Shown: positions 1-9,932, counted from the stretch's first letter. The stretch: 64,000 nt of DNA from Candidatus Doudnabacteria bacterium (GCA_016218585.1 JACRDK010000004.1:21347-85346), one strand, 5' to 3'. The notes: generated by a model from the letters alone, not told the origin. Numbers and translations: made by a program.

Positions 1-254
1 AATTAAAAAACTGGCTTTGCTGAAAAAAGCTTTTTAAGCCAGAAACGTCTATTCCCGGAATTGGCACGTGGGCCAAAATTCTAGTTATGAATAAAAGACC
101 TAGCACAATTAAAATTTTGTTGCGCAGGTCTTTGGTTTTCCAAATAAGAGTGATTTTGTTCATAATAATCTAATGCGAATTACTAATTATTATGCGAATT
201 ATGCGAAAATTTTATTTTCATTTTTCGCATTTTATTTCGTATTATTCGCATTCG

Positions 255-680
255 TTATTTGACTGTGCCGCCAGCTTTTTCAACCTCTGCTTTAACGGAA
301 GCGGATACAGGCAACATAATATTTAATTTCTTTTTGATTTCACCTTTTAAAATTTTCACTTTCAAAACGCCGGAGTCAACCAAGCCTTTATCTTTTAAGG
401 CTTTTAAATCTACGGTTTCGCCTTCGTTGAAGACGCTGAGTTTGGAAAGGCTCAAAGCTAAAACTTTGTCATTCAAAGACCTAAAACCGCGGGACTTAGG
501 CAGCTGTCTTACGAGCGGTTGGCGGCCACCTTCAAAAGTCACGGGCATTTTGCTGTGACCGGTGCGCTTGGTCTGACCTTTGTTACCGCGAGTGGAATAA
601 GTACCTTTACCGCTACCCAAACCACGACCGACAACTTTGCGGCGGTGAATGGATTTTGATTCTTTTTTAACTGATGTAAT
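255..680 (-). CDS. rplO: 50S ribosomal protein L15; the true start is upstream of the ORF-track TTG and is non-canonical or uncertain
   Basis: Translation GRGxGSGKGTYSTRGNKGQ matches the L15 glycine-rich N-terminus. The conserved RRKVVGRG lies in frame upstream of the track start, with no in-frame ATG before a stop. Confidence 0.85.
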   Translation of the reverse strand: MTSVKKESKSIHRRKVVGRGLGSGKGTYSTRGNKGQTKRTGHSKMPVTFEGGRQPLVRQLPKSRGFRSLNDKVLALSLSKLSVFNEGETVDLKALKDKGLVDSGVLKVKILKGEIKKKLNIMLPVSASVKAEVEKAGGTVK

Positions 681-759
681 TTAAGCATAATCTGGTGAAT
701 TAGTAATTTAGAAAATTAGTGAACTAGTTTTCTAATTCTCTAGTTCTTATTCCTACACT

Positions 760-1269
760 TTACTTACGAAGTAACGCAAGCTTTTCTTTACTCTTCATTT
801 TCTTGAAAGCGGCGAATACTGCCTTAACGTTGTTCACTTTGTTGTTGGAACCCAACATTTTGCAGACAATATTCTTAACACCGGACAATTCCATAACAGA
901 ACGGACAGCGCCACCGGCAATAACTCCGGTACCTGGCTTAGCAGGCTTAAGCATTAAAGAGCTGGATTTGTACTTGATGTTAACTCCGTGCGGAATAGTT
1001 TCATTAACAAGAGGCAAAGTCACCATGTTCTTTTTGGCGGCATTAACAGCTTTGTTTACGCTTTCAGATACGTCGGCTCCTTTTTTCAAACCCATGCCAA
1101 CTTTACCTTTGCGATCACCAATAACAACCAAAGCTCTAAAGCGCATTCTTTTACCACCAGCAACTACGCGAGTAACTCTTTTTACTTCCACGACTTTCTG
1201 GTCGAATTCGCTTCTTTCGCGTTCGCCTTCTCTATTTGAATTCTTTCGTCTTTTTTCCATATTATTCAC
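760..1269 (-). CDS. rpsE: 30S ribosomal protein S5
   Basis: The VVAGGKRMRFRALVVIGDRKGKVGMGLKKG motif and its position between L18 and L15. Confidence 0.9.
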   Translation of the reverse strand: MNNMEKRRKNSNREGERERSEFDQKVVEVKRVTRVVAGGKRMRFRALVVIGDRKGKVGMGLKKGADVSESVNKAVNAAKKNMVTLPLVNETIPHGVNIKYKSSSLMLKPAKPGTGVIAGGAVRSVMELSGVKNIVCKMLGSNNKVNNVKAVFAAFKKMKSKEKLALLRK

Positions 1270-1339
1270 TAATTAACACTGATTATTAAAGGATAGACAC
1301 GGATCTGCGTTAATCCGTTTTCAATCCGTGTTTATTATT
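1270..1339. repeat. Intergenic repeat family R3 (CACGGAT hairpin); second copy at 2480-2569
   Basis: TTAACACTGATT...GACACGGAT.T...GTTAATCCGTTTTC..TCCGTGTTT is shared. Confidence 0.8.
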
Positions 1340-1693
1340 TTAAAACTCGAGCCCGCCTTCTCTAGCACCTTCTGCCAATGCCTTTATTCTACCATGATAT
1401 GCGAATCCGCCGCGATCAAAACTAACCGACTTGATATTTTTGGCCATGGCTTTGCCGGCAACCAACTTGCCTACTTCTTTGGCAATTTCGCTCTTTTTGG
1501 CTTTGGATTCAACTTCCAAGCTGGAAGCTGCGGCCAAAGTTTTGCCAACATTGTCATCAATTACTTGAGCGTAAATATGGCGGTTTGCCTTAAATACAGC
1601 CAAGCGTGGACGCTGGGCGCTGCCGGAAATTCTGCTTCTTACGCGGGTGTGGCGAATAGTTCTTTTTAAATTTTTCTGCTTCTGTCTGTTCAT
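1340..1693 (-). CDS. rplR: 50S ribosomal protein L18; start trimmed to the internal ATG (MNRQKQKN...)
   Basis: [23 protein letters not shown] is the typical L18 sequence; the track ORF is over-extended at its 5' end. Confidence 0.85.
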   Translation of the reverse strand: MNRQKQKNLKRTIRHTRVRSRISGSAQRPRLAVFKANRHIYAQVIDDNVGKTLAAASSLEVESKAKKSEIAKEVGKLVAGKAMAKNIKSVSFDRGGFAYHGRIKALAEGAREGGLEF

Positions 1694-1807
1694 ATAATAT
1701 CGCTGAATGATGCGGAACTTAACGCTGAATGTCGCGGAAAGAACCACAACTTGTTAATTAAATTTCTGCGTACTTCCGCGTTATTTTCCGCGCGTTTCCG
1801 CGTTTAT
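1694..1807. repeat. Intergenic repeat family R1 (GCGGAA/TTCCGCG words), copy 1; copy 2 at 3859-3968 is about 95% identical
   Basis: ATCGCTGAATGATGCGGAACTTAACGC...GCGGAAAGAACCACAACTTGTTAATTAAATTTCTGCGTACTTCCGCGTTAT.TTCCGCG.GTTTCCGCGTT occurs in both rplR/rplF and rplE/rplX spacers. Confidence 0.85.
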
Positions 1808-2479
1808 TTATTTGCCGCCTCCGACTACTTTAACAACTTTACCGGCTTTGCGGATTATTACTTCATCGCTGTATTTAATTCCTTTTCCTTTGTATGGTTC
1901 CGGTTTTTTCAATTCTCTAATTTCAGCCGCAAACTGTCCAACCTGCTGTTTGTCCGGACCGGAAATGGTCATAACATTTTTTTCAATGGCAAAAGTCAGA
2001 TTTTCTGGTACTTGGACAAAAATCGGATGGGAAAAACCTAACTGCAAATCTATAACCATGCCTTTTAACTGTCCCAAGCGGGTCACCGCGTTGGCAAAAG
2101 TTTGAGCCTGTCCGGCTTGGTCTTTCTTTTCGGCGTCAGCCTGTTTAACCTGATAGGCTTTCTTTAACTCTTCGGCTTTCTTAACTTCCATTTTAAAACC
2201 AACACCGTTAAGTTCAAGTTTCTTTTCAAAACCTTTTGTTACGCCGTCTACCAAATTTTGAATCAAAGCGCGGAACAAACCCCAAAGAGCTTTTTCCTTC
2301 TTGTTCTCTTTGTTCTTCACGTCAACCAAAATTTCCTTTTCGCTTATGCTAACTTCCACTTTCGGGTTTAAAGGCAAAACTAAAGTACCCTTCGGACCGG
2401 TTACGGTCAAAGTTAAGTCCTTCTTTTCTGCTTTCACTCCCTGGGGGAGGCTAACTGGTTTTTTTCCGACTCTGCTCAT
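1808..2479 (-). CDS. rplF: 50S ribosomal protein L6 with an internal insertion of about 35-40 aa
   Basis: MSRVGKKPV...LGFSHP signature. The protein is 223 aa against about 178 aa normally; the extra segment is KAEELKKAYQVKQADAEKK... Confidence 0.85.
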   Translation of the reverse strand: MSRVGKKPVSLPQGVKAEKKDLTLTVTGPKGTLVLPLNPKVEVSISEKEILVDVKNKENKKEKALWGLFRALIQNLVDGVTKGFEKKLELNGVGFKMEVKKAEELKKAYQVKQADAEKKDQAGQAQTFANAVTRLGQLKGMVIDLQLGFSHPIFVQVPENLTFAIEKNVMTISGPDKQQVGQFAAEIRELKKPEPYKGKGIKYSDEVIIRKAGKVVKVVGGGK

Positions 2480-2569
2480 AAAATTAATATAAATTGATTA
2501 ACACTGATTTAGAACGGATGGACACGGATATCTCTGTTAATCCGTTTTCTGTCCGTGTTTGTCTGTTTT

Positions 2570-2962
2570 TTACCAAACCTGGCACACTACTTCTCCGCCC
2601 ATGCGGGACTTGCGAGCTTCTTTGTCAGTCATCAGACCTTTGGAGGTAGATACCACTGTAATACCATAACCGCTGTTAGTGCGAGGAAGCTTGTCTGCTG
2701 CTAAGTAAATTCTCTGTCCCGGTTTGCTTACTCTCTGAATTCCGCCAATTACCGCTTCGCCGCTTTCCGAGTATTTCAGAGTTATCTTCAACATTTTGTG
2801 CTTATCGGAGAACTCCTCAACGCCGCTAACGAAACCCTCTTTCAATAAAAGCTTTGCCAAGTTATCTTTGAAATTGGAATAGGGCAAAACCAGCTCGTTT
2901 TTGCGGGCTGCGCTTGCATTGCGAATGCGGGTTAACATGTCGGCGATTGGATCTGTGAACAT
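2570..2962 (-). CDS. rpsH: 30S ribosomal protein S8
   Basis: MFTDPIADMLTRIRNA N-terminus; gene order. Confidence 0.9.
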   Translation of the reverse strand: MFTDPIADMLTRIRNASAARKNELVLPYSNFKDNLAKLLLKEGFVSGVEEFSDKHKMLKITLKYSESGEAVIGGIQRVSKPGQRIYLAADKLPRTNSGYGITVVSTSKGLMTDKEARKSRMGGEVVCQVW

Positions 2963-3061
2963 AATTTTACTAAATACTAATTGTTTACTAATATGCTAAT
3001 CTTGATGAATCGTAAGTGAATTGTGTTATTTTGTAAGCAGAAATTCGTGCTTCGTAAAGTT

Positions 3062-3256
3062 CTACCAACTGGCTTTAACTACTCCGGGTATTTCCCCTTT
3101 GCTGGCTAATTCTCTAAAACAGATTCTGCACATATCAAAATCTCTCATATAACCGGCTTTACGGCCGCACTTCCAACAGCGCCTCACTACCCGAGTCTGG
3201 TATTTAGGATTTGTTCTGCTCCTTAAAGATTTTATGATTTGTGCTTGTGTAGCCAT
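3062..3256 (-). CDS. rpsZ: 30S ribosomal protein S14, zinc-ribbon type Z
   Basis: 64 aa with CWKCGR...CRIC Cys4 motif, between S8 and L5. Confidence 0.9.
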   Translation of the reverse strand: MATQAQIIKSLRSRTNPKYQTRVVRRCWKCGRKAGYMRDFDMCRICFRELASKGEIPGVVKASW

Positions 3257-3318
3257 ACAAAATTAATTTAAGATACTAATCTACTAATTTATGCTAATGA
3301 TACTAACTCGGCTTTAAT

Positions 3319-3858
3319 TTATTTTTTAAACGGGAAGCCTAATAAAGTTAACAATTCTCTGGCTGGTGCGTCTTTGCCTGCGTTAGTAACAACAGAAATT
3401 TCTAAGCCAAAAACATTTTCTAGCGATTCGGAGGAAATTTCCGGGAAAACCAAGTGTTCTTTCATGCCGAGGTGATAATTACCTCTGCCGTCAAAACCAT
3501 CTTTGTTAATCCCCTGGAAATCGCGCACTCTTGGCAAAGCAACGTTTACCAGTTTATCCAAGAAGCTGTACATGCGGTAACCTCTTAAGGTGCAAACAAT
3601 ACCGACAACCTGGTTTTCTCTGACCTTAAATCCGGCAATGGATTTTCTGGCCTTAGTCTTAACCGGAGCCTGTCCGGTAATTTTCTTAACGTCTTCGACA
3701 TATTGGTCAATCTTCTTTTTGTCGTCCTTAACTTTACCAACACCGACGTTAACAATGACTTTAAGAATTTTCGGCACTTGCATAACATTCTTGTAGCCGA
3801 ATTTTTCTTTTAAAACCGGGACTATCTTCTTATTATATTGTTCCTGTAATCTTTCCAT
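3319..3858 (-). CDS. rplE: 50S ribosomal protein L5
   Basis: MERLQEQYNKKIVPVL...VNVGVG typical L5 sequence. Confidence 0.9.
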   Translation of the reverse strand: MERLQEQYNKKIVPVLKEKFGYKNVMQVPKILKVIVNVGVGKVKDDKKKIDQYVEDVKKITGQAPVKTKARKSIAGFKVRENQVVGIVCTLRGYRMYSFLDKLVNVALPRVRDFQGINKDGFDGRGNYHLGMKEHLVFPEISSESLENVFGLEISVVTNAGKDAPARELLTLLGFPFKK

Positions 3859-3968
3859 AAAATCGCTGAATGATGCGGAACTTAACGCGGACTATCGCGG
3901 AAAGAACCACAACTTGTTAATTAAATTTCTGCGTACTTCCGCGTTATCTTCCGCGTGTTTCCGCGTTG
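3859..3968. repeat. Intergenic repeat family R1, copy 2
   Basis: See copy 1. Confidence 0.85.
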
Positions 3969-4292
3969 TTAAACTGCTTTACCGCTGGTTCTGGCCATTC
4001 TCTGCTTGCTGCCATTTTCCAAAAAAGTAAATCCAACGCGGGATGGGTTGCCGGAATTCGGGTCGAGCAGCATAACTTTAGAAACATGGAGGGCTGCAAA
4101 AAATGTAACTTTCTTTCCTGGCTCGCCGGCTTTTTTAGACTTTTCAAACCTGGTATGGACATTAACGTTTTCCACCATCACCTTGGAGATTTTGGGTAAA
4201 ACTTTAATAACCTTGCCGGTCTTTCCTTTGTCTTTTCCGGAAATGACTTTTACGGTATCGCCTGTCTTAATTTTTAGTCTGTTATTATTCAT
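3969..4292 (-). CDS. rplX: 50S ribosomal protein L24
   Basis: KIKTGDTVKVISGKDKGKTGKV is the KOW motif. Confidence 0.9.
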   Translation of the reverse strand: MNNNRLKIKTGDTVKVISGKDKGKTGKVIKVLPKISKVMVENVNVHTRFEKSKKAGEPGKKVTFFAALHVSKVMLLDPNSGNPSRVGFTFLENGSKQRMARTSGKAV

Positions 4293-4418
4293 ATCTTTAC
4301 TAAATACTAATTGATACTAATATACTAATCATTAAATGTTGGGTAATCTTTGAGAGTAAGAATTCGTATATTCGCCTGCCTGCCGGTAGGCAGGTACAAA
4401 TTCGTACTTCGTAAAGTT
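4293..4418. repeat. Intergenic repeat family R2 (ACTAAT and GAATTCGTA words). Copies also lie at 2963-3061, 3257-3318 (partial), 5378-5483, 5901-6020 and 7373-7482
   Basis: CTTTACTAAATACTAATTGATACTAATATACTAAT...AGTAAGAATTCGTATATTCG[P20]TACAAATTCGTACTTCGTAAAGT. Confidence 0.85.
4375..4394. repeat. 20-bp perfect palindrome P20, CCTGCC(T)ACCGGCAGGCAGG; other copies at 7439-7458, 13399-13418 and 24476-24495
   Basis: Exact copies. Two are inserted into R2 copies (R2 at 5378-5483 lacks it), one is inside the partial tRNA-Leu copy, and one is upstream of tuf. Confidence 0.85.
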
Positions 4419-4811
4419 TTAAATTACTTCTGGTGCCAAGCTGACAATTTTCTTAAATCCATCTTCAAAGGAGCCTTTAGCTTTTTCGCGAATTTCTCTC
4501 GGGATAGGACCGAATATGCGGCTTCCTTTTGGCTCACCTTTTTCTTTATCTACAATCACTCCGGCATTTTCATCAAAGCGTATATAAGATCCGTCTTTTC
4601 TGCGAATTTCTTTGCGCAAGCGAACAATTACCGCATAAACTTTATCACCCTTCTTTAAGGAAGAGTTCGGCGCAACCTGCTTGACGGAGCCGGCAACAAT
4701 GTCGCCGATTCTGGCAAAACGATTGCTGTTTTTTCCGTTGACGGAGAAAACATTGACGATCTTTGCGCCAGTATTGTCTGCTATATTAATCCAGGATCTT
4801 ACTTGTAACAT
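4419..4811 (-). CDS. rplN: 50S ribosomal protein L14
   Basis: MLQVRSWINIADNTGAK N-terminus. Confidence 0.9.
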   Translation of the reverse strand: MLQVRSWINIADNTGAKIVNVFSVNGKNSNRFARIGDIVAGSVKQVAPNSSLKKGDKVYAVIVRLRKEIRRKDGSYIRFDENAGVIVDKEKGEPKGSRIFGPIPREIREKAKGSFEDGFKKIVSLAPEVI

Positions 4812-4919
4812 ATAATTCTTTCGCTAGTGCACGGAGGTTGTAGACTCCGCGGATATCATTGACCAAAGCAATTCCTTTTGATCAGCGCTATCCGTGGAAT
4901 CTGCGTATCCGCGAGATAA

Positions 4920-5162
4920 CTAAATTTTATTAATTACTTTAAACTTCTTATCTTTGCTTATTGGTTTAACCGATTCAATCACCACACGGTCTCCGGTTTT
5001 ATACTCATTCGCTTCATCATGAGCTTTAAAACGCTTGGAAATAGTGTAAGATTTTTTATACTTAGCGTGGCGCTTTCTCATATCTACCTTTACCACCACG
5101 GTTTTGTCCATTTTATCGGACACTATAACACCGGTAAGTTGTTGCTTCTTTGATTGTGTCAT
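4920..5162 (-). CDS. rpsQ: 30S ribosomal protein S17
   Basis: LTGVIVSDKMDKTVVVKV; gene order. Confidence 0.85.
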   Translation of the reverse strand: MTQSKKQQLTGVIVSDKMDKTVVVKVDMRKRHAKYKKSYTISKRFKAHDEANEYKTGDRVVIESVKPISKDKKFKVINKI

Positions 5163-5176
5163 ATACTTGATACCTA

Positions 5177-5377
5177 CTACTTAATGCTTTCAACTTTCTT
5201 CTGATTTAGATAAGTCATTATACGGGCAATGTCTTTTTTAACCGCTCCCAATTCCCGGGGGTTCTTTAACTGATTGAGGCGGATTTTAACCGCTAAATCG
5301 TGAGCTTTAGCGCGCAATTCGAGCAACAAGCTTTTAATTTCACCTTCTGATTTAGTTGTTAATTCCTTAAATTTCAT
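5177..5377 (-). CDS. rpmC: 50S ribosomal protein L29
   Basis: 66 aa, MKFKELTTKSEGEI...LRAK; gene order. Confidence 0.8.
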   Translation of the reverse strand: MKFKELTTKSEGEIKSLLLELRAKAHDLAVKIRLNQLKNPRELGAVKKDIARIMTYLNQKKVESIK

Positions 5378-5483
5378 ATCTTTACTAAATACTTATTGAT
5401 ACTAATATACTAATTTTAATCTAAAAGGTAATTTATGGAAGTAAGAATTCGTATATTCGTACAAATTCGTACTTCATAAAGTT

Positions 5484-5900
5484 TTAACCTTGCTTTTCTT
5501 TAACTAAGAATCTGGATTTTACCGGAAGTTTGTAGCTGGCTAATCTCATAGCTTCCTGGGCCTGCTCTCTGGTCACCCCGTCCATTTCAAATAAAATCTT
5601 GCCTTTTTTTACAACTGAAACAAAGTGGTCAACAGCACCTTTACCGCCACCCATAGGGCTTTCGTTTCCGTGGAGGGTAACCGGTTTGTCGGCAAATACG
5701 CGGATCCAAATTTTACCGCCTCTTTGCACATAGCGAGTCATAGCGCGGCGGGCTGCTTCAATCTGACGAGCGGTAACCCAGCTGCTTTCCATGGCTTTTA
5801 AGGCAAAGGTGCCGAAAGCGATTTGTTCGCCGGCGGAAGCCTGTCCTTTAGTATGACCGCGGTGATGTTTGCGGTGTTTTAACTTTTTCGGGATAAACAT
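5484..5900 (-). CDS. rplP: 50S ribosomal protein L16
   Basis: MFIPKKLKHRKHHRG N-terminus. Confidence 0.9.
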   Translation of the reverse strand: MFIPKKLKHRKHHRGHTKGQASAGEQIAFGTFALKAMESSWVTARQIEAARRAMTRYVQRGGKIWIRVFADKPVTLHGNESPMGGGKGAVDHFVSVVKKGKILFEMDGVTREQAQEAMRLASYKLPVKSRFLVKEKQG

Positions 5901-6020
5901 ATCGGTTAAATTTACTATCTTTACTAACTACTAATCGGTACTAATATACTAATCTGTGATTATTAAATTGGTATATTCGTAAAAATTAGTAGTTAGTAAA
6001 GTAAGAGAATTAATTAACAA

Positions 6021-6704
6021 TTAGGCTTTTTTTGGAGCGTCGGCGATATCTTTTACAAAGGTTTTCTTACTTTCAAATACGTCTCCTTTATAAATCCAGA
6101 TTTTTACTCCGACAGTTCCGTAAGTGGTAAAAGCAGTGCTTCTGGCAAAATCTATATTGGCGCGCAAGGTATGAAGAGGAATTTTACCGGAGGAAAGATG
6201 TTCTGTGCGGGCAATATCAGCCCCGTTCAACCTACCGCCAATTGCTACTTTTGCTCCCTTAGCACCGGCGTTCATCATCTGTTCCAAGGACTGCTTCATC
6301 AGTTTTCTAAAAGCAACGCGCTTTTCCAACTGTTCGGCAATGCCGTTAGCAATAACTTGAGCTTGCAGGTTAACTTCTTTAATATCTTCGATGTTAACTT
6401 TTAATTCCTGCTTAATCCCCAACTTCGCTTTAATCTTTTTCTTAAGCTCTTCAATGCCGGCGCCGCCTTTGCCGATTATTAAACCCGGTTTAGTGGTTTT
6501 AATAATGACAGTAATAGTGCCGTCGTTTAAGCGCTCAATGTCGATTCTAACCAAGCCGGCCTTTTTCAAATGCAATTCCAAATATTCGCGAATTTTTACG
6601 TCTTCAGCCAATTGCTTGGAGTAGTTCGCTTTGGAAAACCATCTGGACTTCCAGGTATCGGTTATCTTCAATCTTAGTGATGTTGGGTTTATCTTATGTC
6701 CCAT
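6021..6704 (-). CDS. rpsC: 30S ribosomal protein S3
   Basis: MGHKINPTSLRLKITDTW N-terminus; KH domain. Confidence 0.9.
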   Translation of the reverse strand: MGHKINPTSLRLKITDTWKSRWFSKANYSKQLAEDVKIREYLELHLKKAGLVRIDIERLNDGTITVIIKTTKPGLIIGKGGAGIEELKKKIKAKLGIKQELKVNIEDIKEVNLQAQVIANGIAEQLEKRVAFRKLMKQSLEQMMNAGAKGAKVAIGGRLNGADIARTEHLSSGKIPLHTLRANIDFARSTAFTTYGTVGVKIWIYKGDVFESKKTFVKDIADAPKKA

Positions 6705-6793
6705 AATTTTAGTTAAAAGTTAATCAGGTTAATCAAGTTTATCAAGTCATTTACTTTGCAACTTTATGAACTTGATAACTTTATAAACTCGTT

Positions 6794-7372
6794 TTATACT
6801 CCGGTTTTTCTGTTAAATAATCTGCGTTTGTTGGCAACTTTGTTCATCTTTACTTCTTCATCAGTCTTGAACACCTGGCTCTTTTTCGGTGCGGCATTTA
6901 CCGGCTTCTTGCTTACTGCGTCTTGCTGGTCAACATTTTCAGGTTTAACTTCTTTGCCTTCAGTTTTCTTTAAGAAGCCAAGCTTGGTTTTGCTGGCTTT
7001 GGCCTTCTTCTTTTCTTCCAGCACAACATTAACGTGGCTCATCTTTCTTCTAATTACGAAAGCGCTGCCGCGGGCTCTGGGGAAATAACGCTTCATTTCT
7101 TTGCCCTGGTCGGCGGTAATGCTTTTTATAAACAAAAACTGAGGATCTAAAGAAAAATTATTCTTGGCATTGGCAATGGCGGACTGAAGTAATTTAATAA
7201 CAATCGGGGCAGCCTTTTTGTTGGCATGCTGGAGCTGGACAATCGCGTCCATCGCATTCATGTTCTTGATTAAATTAGTAACCAAGCGCATTTTTCTTGG
7301 GGCAATATGAATATGCCGGGCTGAAGCCTTAACCAATTTTCCGTTATTCTGTTTAGTTGCTTGCTCTGTCAT
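6794..7372 (-). CDS. rplV: 50S ribosomal protein L22 with a Lys-rich C-terminal extension of about 70 aa
   Basis: ASARHIHIAPRKMRLV core. The protein is 192 aa against about 110 aa normally. Confidence 0.85.
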   Translation of the reverse strand: MTEQATKQNNGKLVKASARHIHIAPRKMRLVTNLIKNMNAMDAIVQLQHANKKAAPIVIKLLQSAIANAKNNFSLDPQFLFIKSITADQGKEMKRYFPRARGSAFVIRRKMSHVNVVLEEKKKAKASKTKLGFLKKTEGKEVKPENVDQQDAVSKKPVNAAPKKSQVFKTDEEVKMNKVANKRRLFNRKTGV

Positions 7373-7482
7373 ATTACTATATTTACTAAATACTAATTTT
7401 AAATGGTTTAAATTTTGGAATAAGAATTCGTATATTCGCCTGCCTGCCGGTAGGCAGGTACAAATTCGTACTTCGTAAAGTG

Positions 7483-7815
7483 TTACTTCTTGCTGTCGTC
7501 TTTGGCGGCGTTAAGCTTGGCCTTTTCGGCTTCGGCTTTGGCTAATTCTTGTTCTTTAGCCATCTTACCACCATGACGGAGGAACTTACGAGTCGGAGAA
7601 AATTCTCCAAGCTTGTGGCCTACCATGTTTTCTGTAACGAATACCGGAACGTGAGTACGGCCGTTATGAACCAGGAAAGTAAAGCCTACAAACTCAGGGG
7701 CAATAGTGCAGGATCTGGACCAAGTTTTAATTTGGGTCTGACCGGCCTTGCCGTTTTGCACTTTCTTTACCACTCTCGGGTCTACGTATGGTCCTTTTTT
7801 TAGTGATCTAGACAT
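7483..7815 (-). CDS. rpsS: 30S ribosomal protein S19 with a C-terminal extension
   Basis: [12 protein letters not shown]...TFLVHNGR. Confidence 0.9.
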   Translation of the reverse strand: MSRSLKKGPYVDPRVVKKVQNGKAGQTQIKTWSRSCTIAPEFVGFTFLVHNGRTHVPVFVTENMVGHKLGEFSPTRKFLRHGGKMAKEQELAKAEAEKAKLNAAKDDSKK

Positions 7816-7900
7816 AAAATCAGTTCTTAAAGTTAATCAAGTTTTAAAGTTTATAAAGTTATGCCGTCCACTTGATGAACTTGATAACTTGATAAGCTTG

Positions 7901-8737
7901 TTACTTACTGCGTCTCTTAATAATCATTTTATTGCTGTATTTCTTCTTGCTTCTGGTCTTAACGCCAAGGGCATGTTTACCCCATGGAGTCTTTGGATAT
8001 TTCATACCAATCGGGTTATGACCTTCACCACCACCATGAGGGTGATCTACCGGGTTCATAACTTTACCGCGAACAGTTGGTCTCCAACCCATCAAGCGCA
8101 TTCTGCCGGCCTTGCCAATACGGACATTCATCCAATCGGAATTAGCTAACTGGCCAACTGTGGCTAAACAGGTTTCTCTGACTCTGCGGATTTCACCGCT
8201 TGGTAATTTAAGCAAAGCATAACCGGCTTCAACTGTCTGCAAGGTGGCATAAGCTCCGGCGCTTCTAGCCATTCTGCCGCCCTGTCCTGGAGTTAACTCA
8301 ATATCATGTATAAAAGTACCAACTGGAATATTTTTAATAGCTAAGCGGTTTCCCGGTAAAATTTCAGCTGTTTCGCCGAACATAACTTTGTCGCCAACTT
8401 TTAAACCCTGGGGGGTTAAAATAAAACGCTTGGCTCCATCATTATAGTGCAATAAGGAAATAAAAGCTGTGCGGGTCGGATCGTATTCAATGGTAACAAC
8501 TTTCGCCGGGATATTCTTTTTATCTTCACGGGAAAAATCCACCAAGCGAACTTTGCGGATAGCGCCGCCGCCCTGATGGCGAACGGTGATTTTTCCGCTG
8601 TTGTTGCGTCCGGCCGGTTTGGCTTTGGAAACTATCAAACCCTTCGGGGTCTTGGAAGTTTTATGCAAAACCGAATAATCGGTCACACTTTGAATGCGCC
8701 TTCCTGCGGATGTTGGTTTGTATAATTTAACGGCCAT
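7901..8737 (-). CDS. rplB: 50S ribosomal protein L2
   Basis: [14 protein letters not shown]...[10 protein letters not shown]. Confidence 0.9.
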   Translation of the reverse strand: MAVKLYKPTSAGRRIQSVTDYSVLHKTSKTPKGLIVSKAKPAGRNNSGKITVRHQGGGAIRKVRLVDFSREDKKNIPAKVVTIEYDPTRTAFISLLHYNDGAKRFILTPQGLKVGDKVMFGETAEILPGNRLAIKNIPVGTFIHDIELTPGQGGRMARSAGAYATLQTVEAGYALLKLPSGEIRRVRETCLATVGQLANSDWMNVRIGKAGRMRLMGWRPTVRGKVMNPVDHPHGGGEGHNPIGMKYPKTPWGKHALGVKTRSKKKYSNKMIIKRRSK

Positions 8738-8840
8738 AGTTAGATTTAAAAAATTAAATAATATTTAAATGATTGGGCATGATTTTAGCAATCTAATTCT
8801 TGTCATTCTTAATTAATCATACCAATCTTGTCAATTACGT

Positions 8841-9197
8841 TTATATTACGTCGGTTAAGCCTTCAATTTTGTCGCCCTTTTTCAAAGTGACAATGGCTTT
8901 TTTAAAAGATGAGGTTCTGCCGCTGCGCTGGCCAAAGTTTCTCTGTTTGCCGCGGTTGATTACCATATTCACCTGCAAAACTTTTACCTTATAAGCATCT
9001 TCAACAGCTTTCTTAACTTCCACTTTGTTTGCGCCCATGCCAACTTTAAACACGTACTTGTTTAGTTTAACTAAGTGGCCGGCTTTCTCGGAAATTCTCG
9101 GGCTTACCAACACGCTAGGAATCCTAATGGCTGGGGCTCCGGCTGTTTCAGTTGCCTTTTCGGCAGTTGTAGTTTTCTTCTTGCTAATAATAGCCAT
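8841..9197 (-). CDS. rplW: 50S ribosomal protein L23 with an N-terminal extension
   Basis: Gene order, with a KYVFKV...core. Confidence 0.75.
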   Translation of the reverse strand: MAIISKKKTTTAEKATETAGAPAIRIPSVLVSPRISEKAGHLVKLNKYVFKVGMGANKVEVKKAVEDAYKVKVLQVNMVINRGKQRNFGQRSGRTSSFKKAIVTLKKGDKIEGLTDVI

Positions 9198-9202
9198 AAA
9201 AA

Positions 9203-9856
9203 TTACTTAACGTTATTCTTCAAATAGGTTTTTTCAATAACCTGCAAGCTGTCCTTTAATACTATCATGCTATCGGCTTTCAAGATATCCAGAAGATTCA
9301 GGCTGCTAGCTAATATTGGAGTGACAAAAGGGAGATTGCGGGAGCTGCGGACTAATTTGTCGTCTTTCTTTGCCATGACCAACAATTGCTTTTTGCCGGA
9401 ATTTTTTACGGCATTCTTTAAGCCGTCTAAAATTTTGGCCATATCTTTGGTCTTTGGATTTTCCATGGAAATCTGATCGACAACTATGAACCGGTTTTCT
9501 TTAGCCTTGTCGGAAAGAGTCATAAACAAAGCCTGAACTTTAGCTTTTTTATTCAACTTTAATTCCCAATTGCGGTTGCTGCGCGGTCCAAAGGTTACTC
9601 CACCATGACGCCAAATCGGGCTGCGGGTGCTGCCAGCTCTAGCTCGGCCGGTACCTTTTTGCTTCCAAGGTTTTTTACCGCCACCAGATACTTCACCGCG
9701 GGTTTTGGTATGAGCAGAACCCTGGCGGGCATTTGACTGTTGGATGCGAACCGCTTCCGCGAGCAAATGAGTTTTAGGCTTAACGTCAAAGATTTTGGAA
9801 TTTAATTCCACATCCCCGACAACTTCCGCTTTTTGGTTGTAAAGATTTACTTTCAT
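9203..9856 (-). CDS. rplD: 50S ribosomal protein L4
   Basis: 217 aa with a Gly/Arg-rich loop (KQKGTGRARAGSTRSPIWRHGG). Confidence 0.85.
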   Translation of the reverse strand: MKVNLYNQKAEVVGDVELNSKIFDVKPKTHLLAEAVRIQQSNARQGSAHTKTRGEVSGGGKKPWKQKGTGRARAGSTRSPIWRHGGVTFGPRSNRNWELKLNKKAKVQALFMTLSDKAKENRFIVVDQISMENPKTKDMAKILDGLKNAVKNSGKKQLLVMAKKDDKLVRSSRNLPFVTPILASSLNLLDILKADSMIVLKDSLQVIEKTYLKNNVK

Positions 9857-9932
9857 AACTTGAGTGAATTAGTGATACACAGATCTAGTGAGTTAGTTAT
9901 CTAATTCTCTAACTCTCTTTTTCTCTAGCTTG

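Noticed and set aside
3585-3796. 67-68 aa ORFs on both strands inside rplE
   Set aside because: They are embedded in the conserved L5 gene and are low-complexity; they are artefacts.
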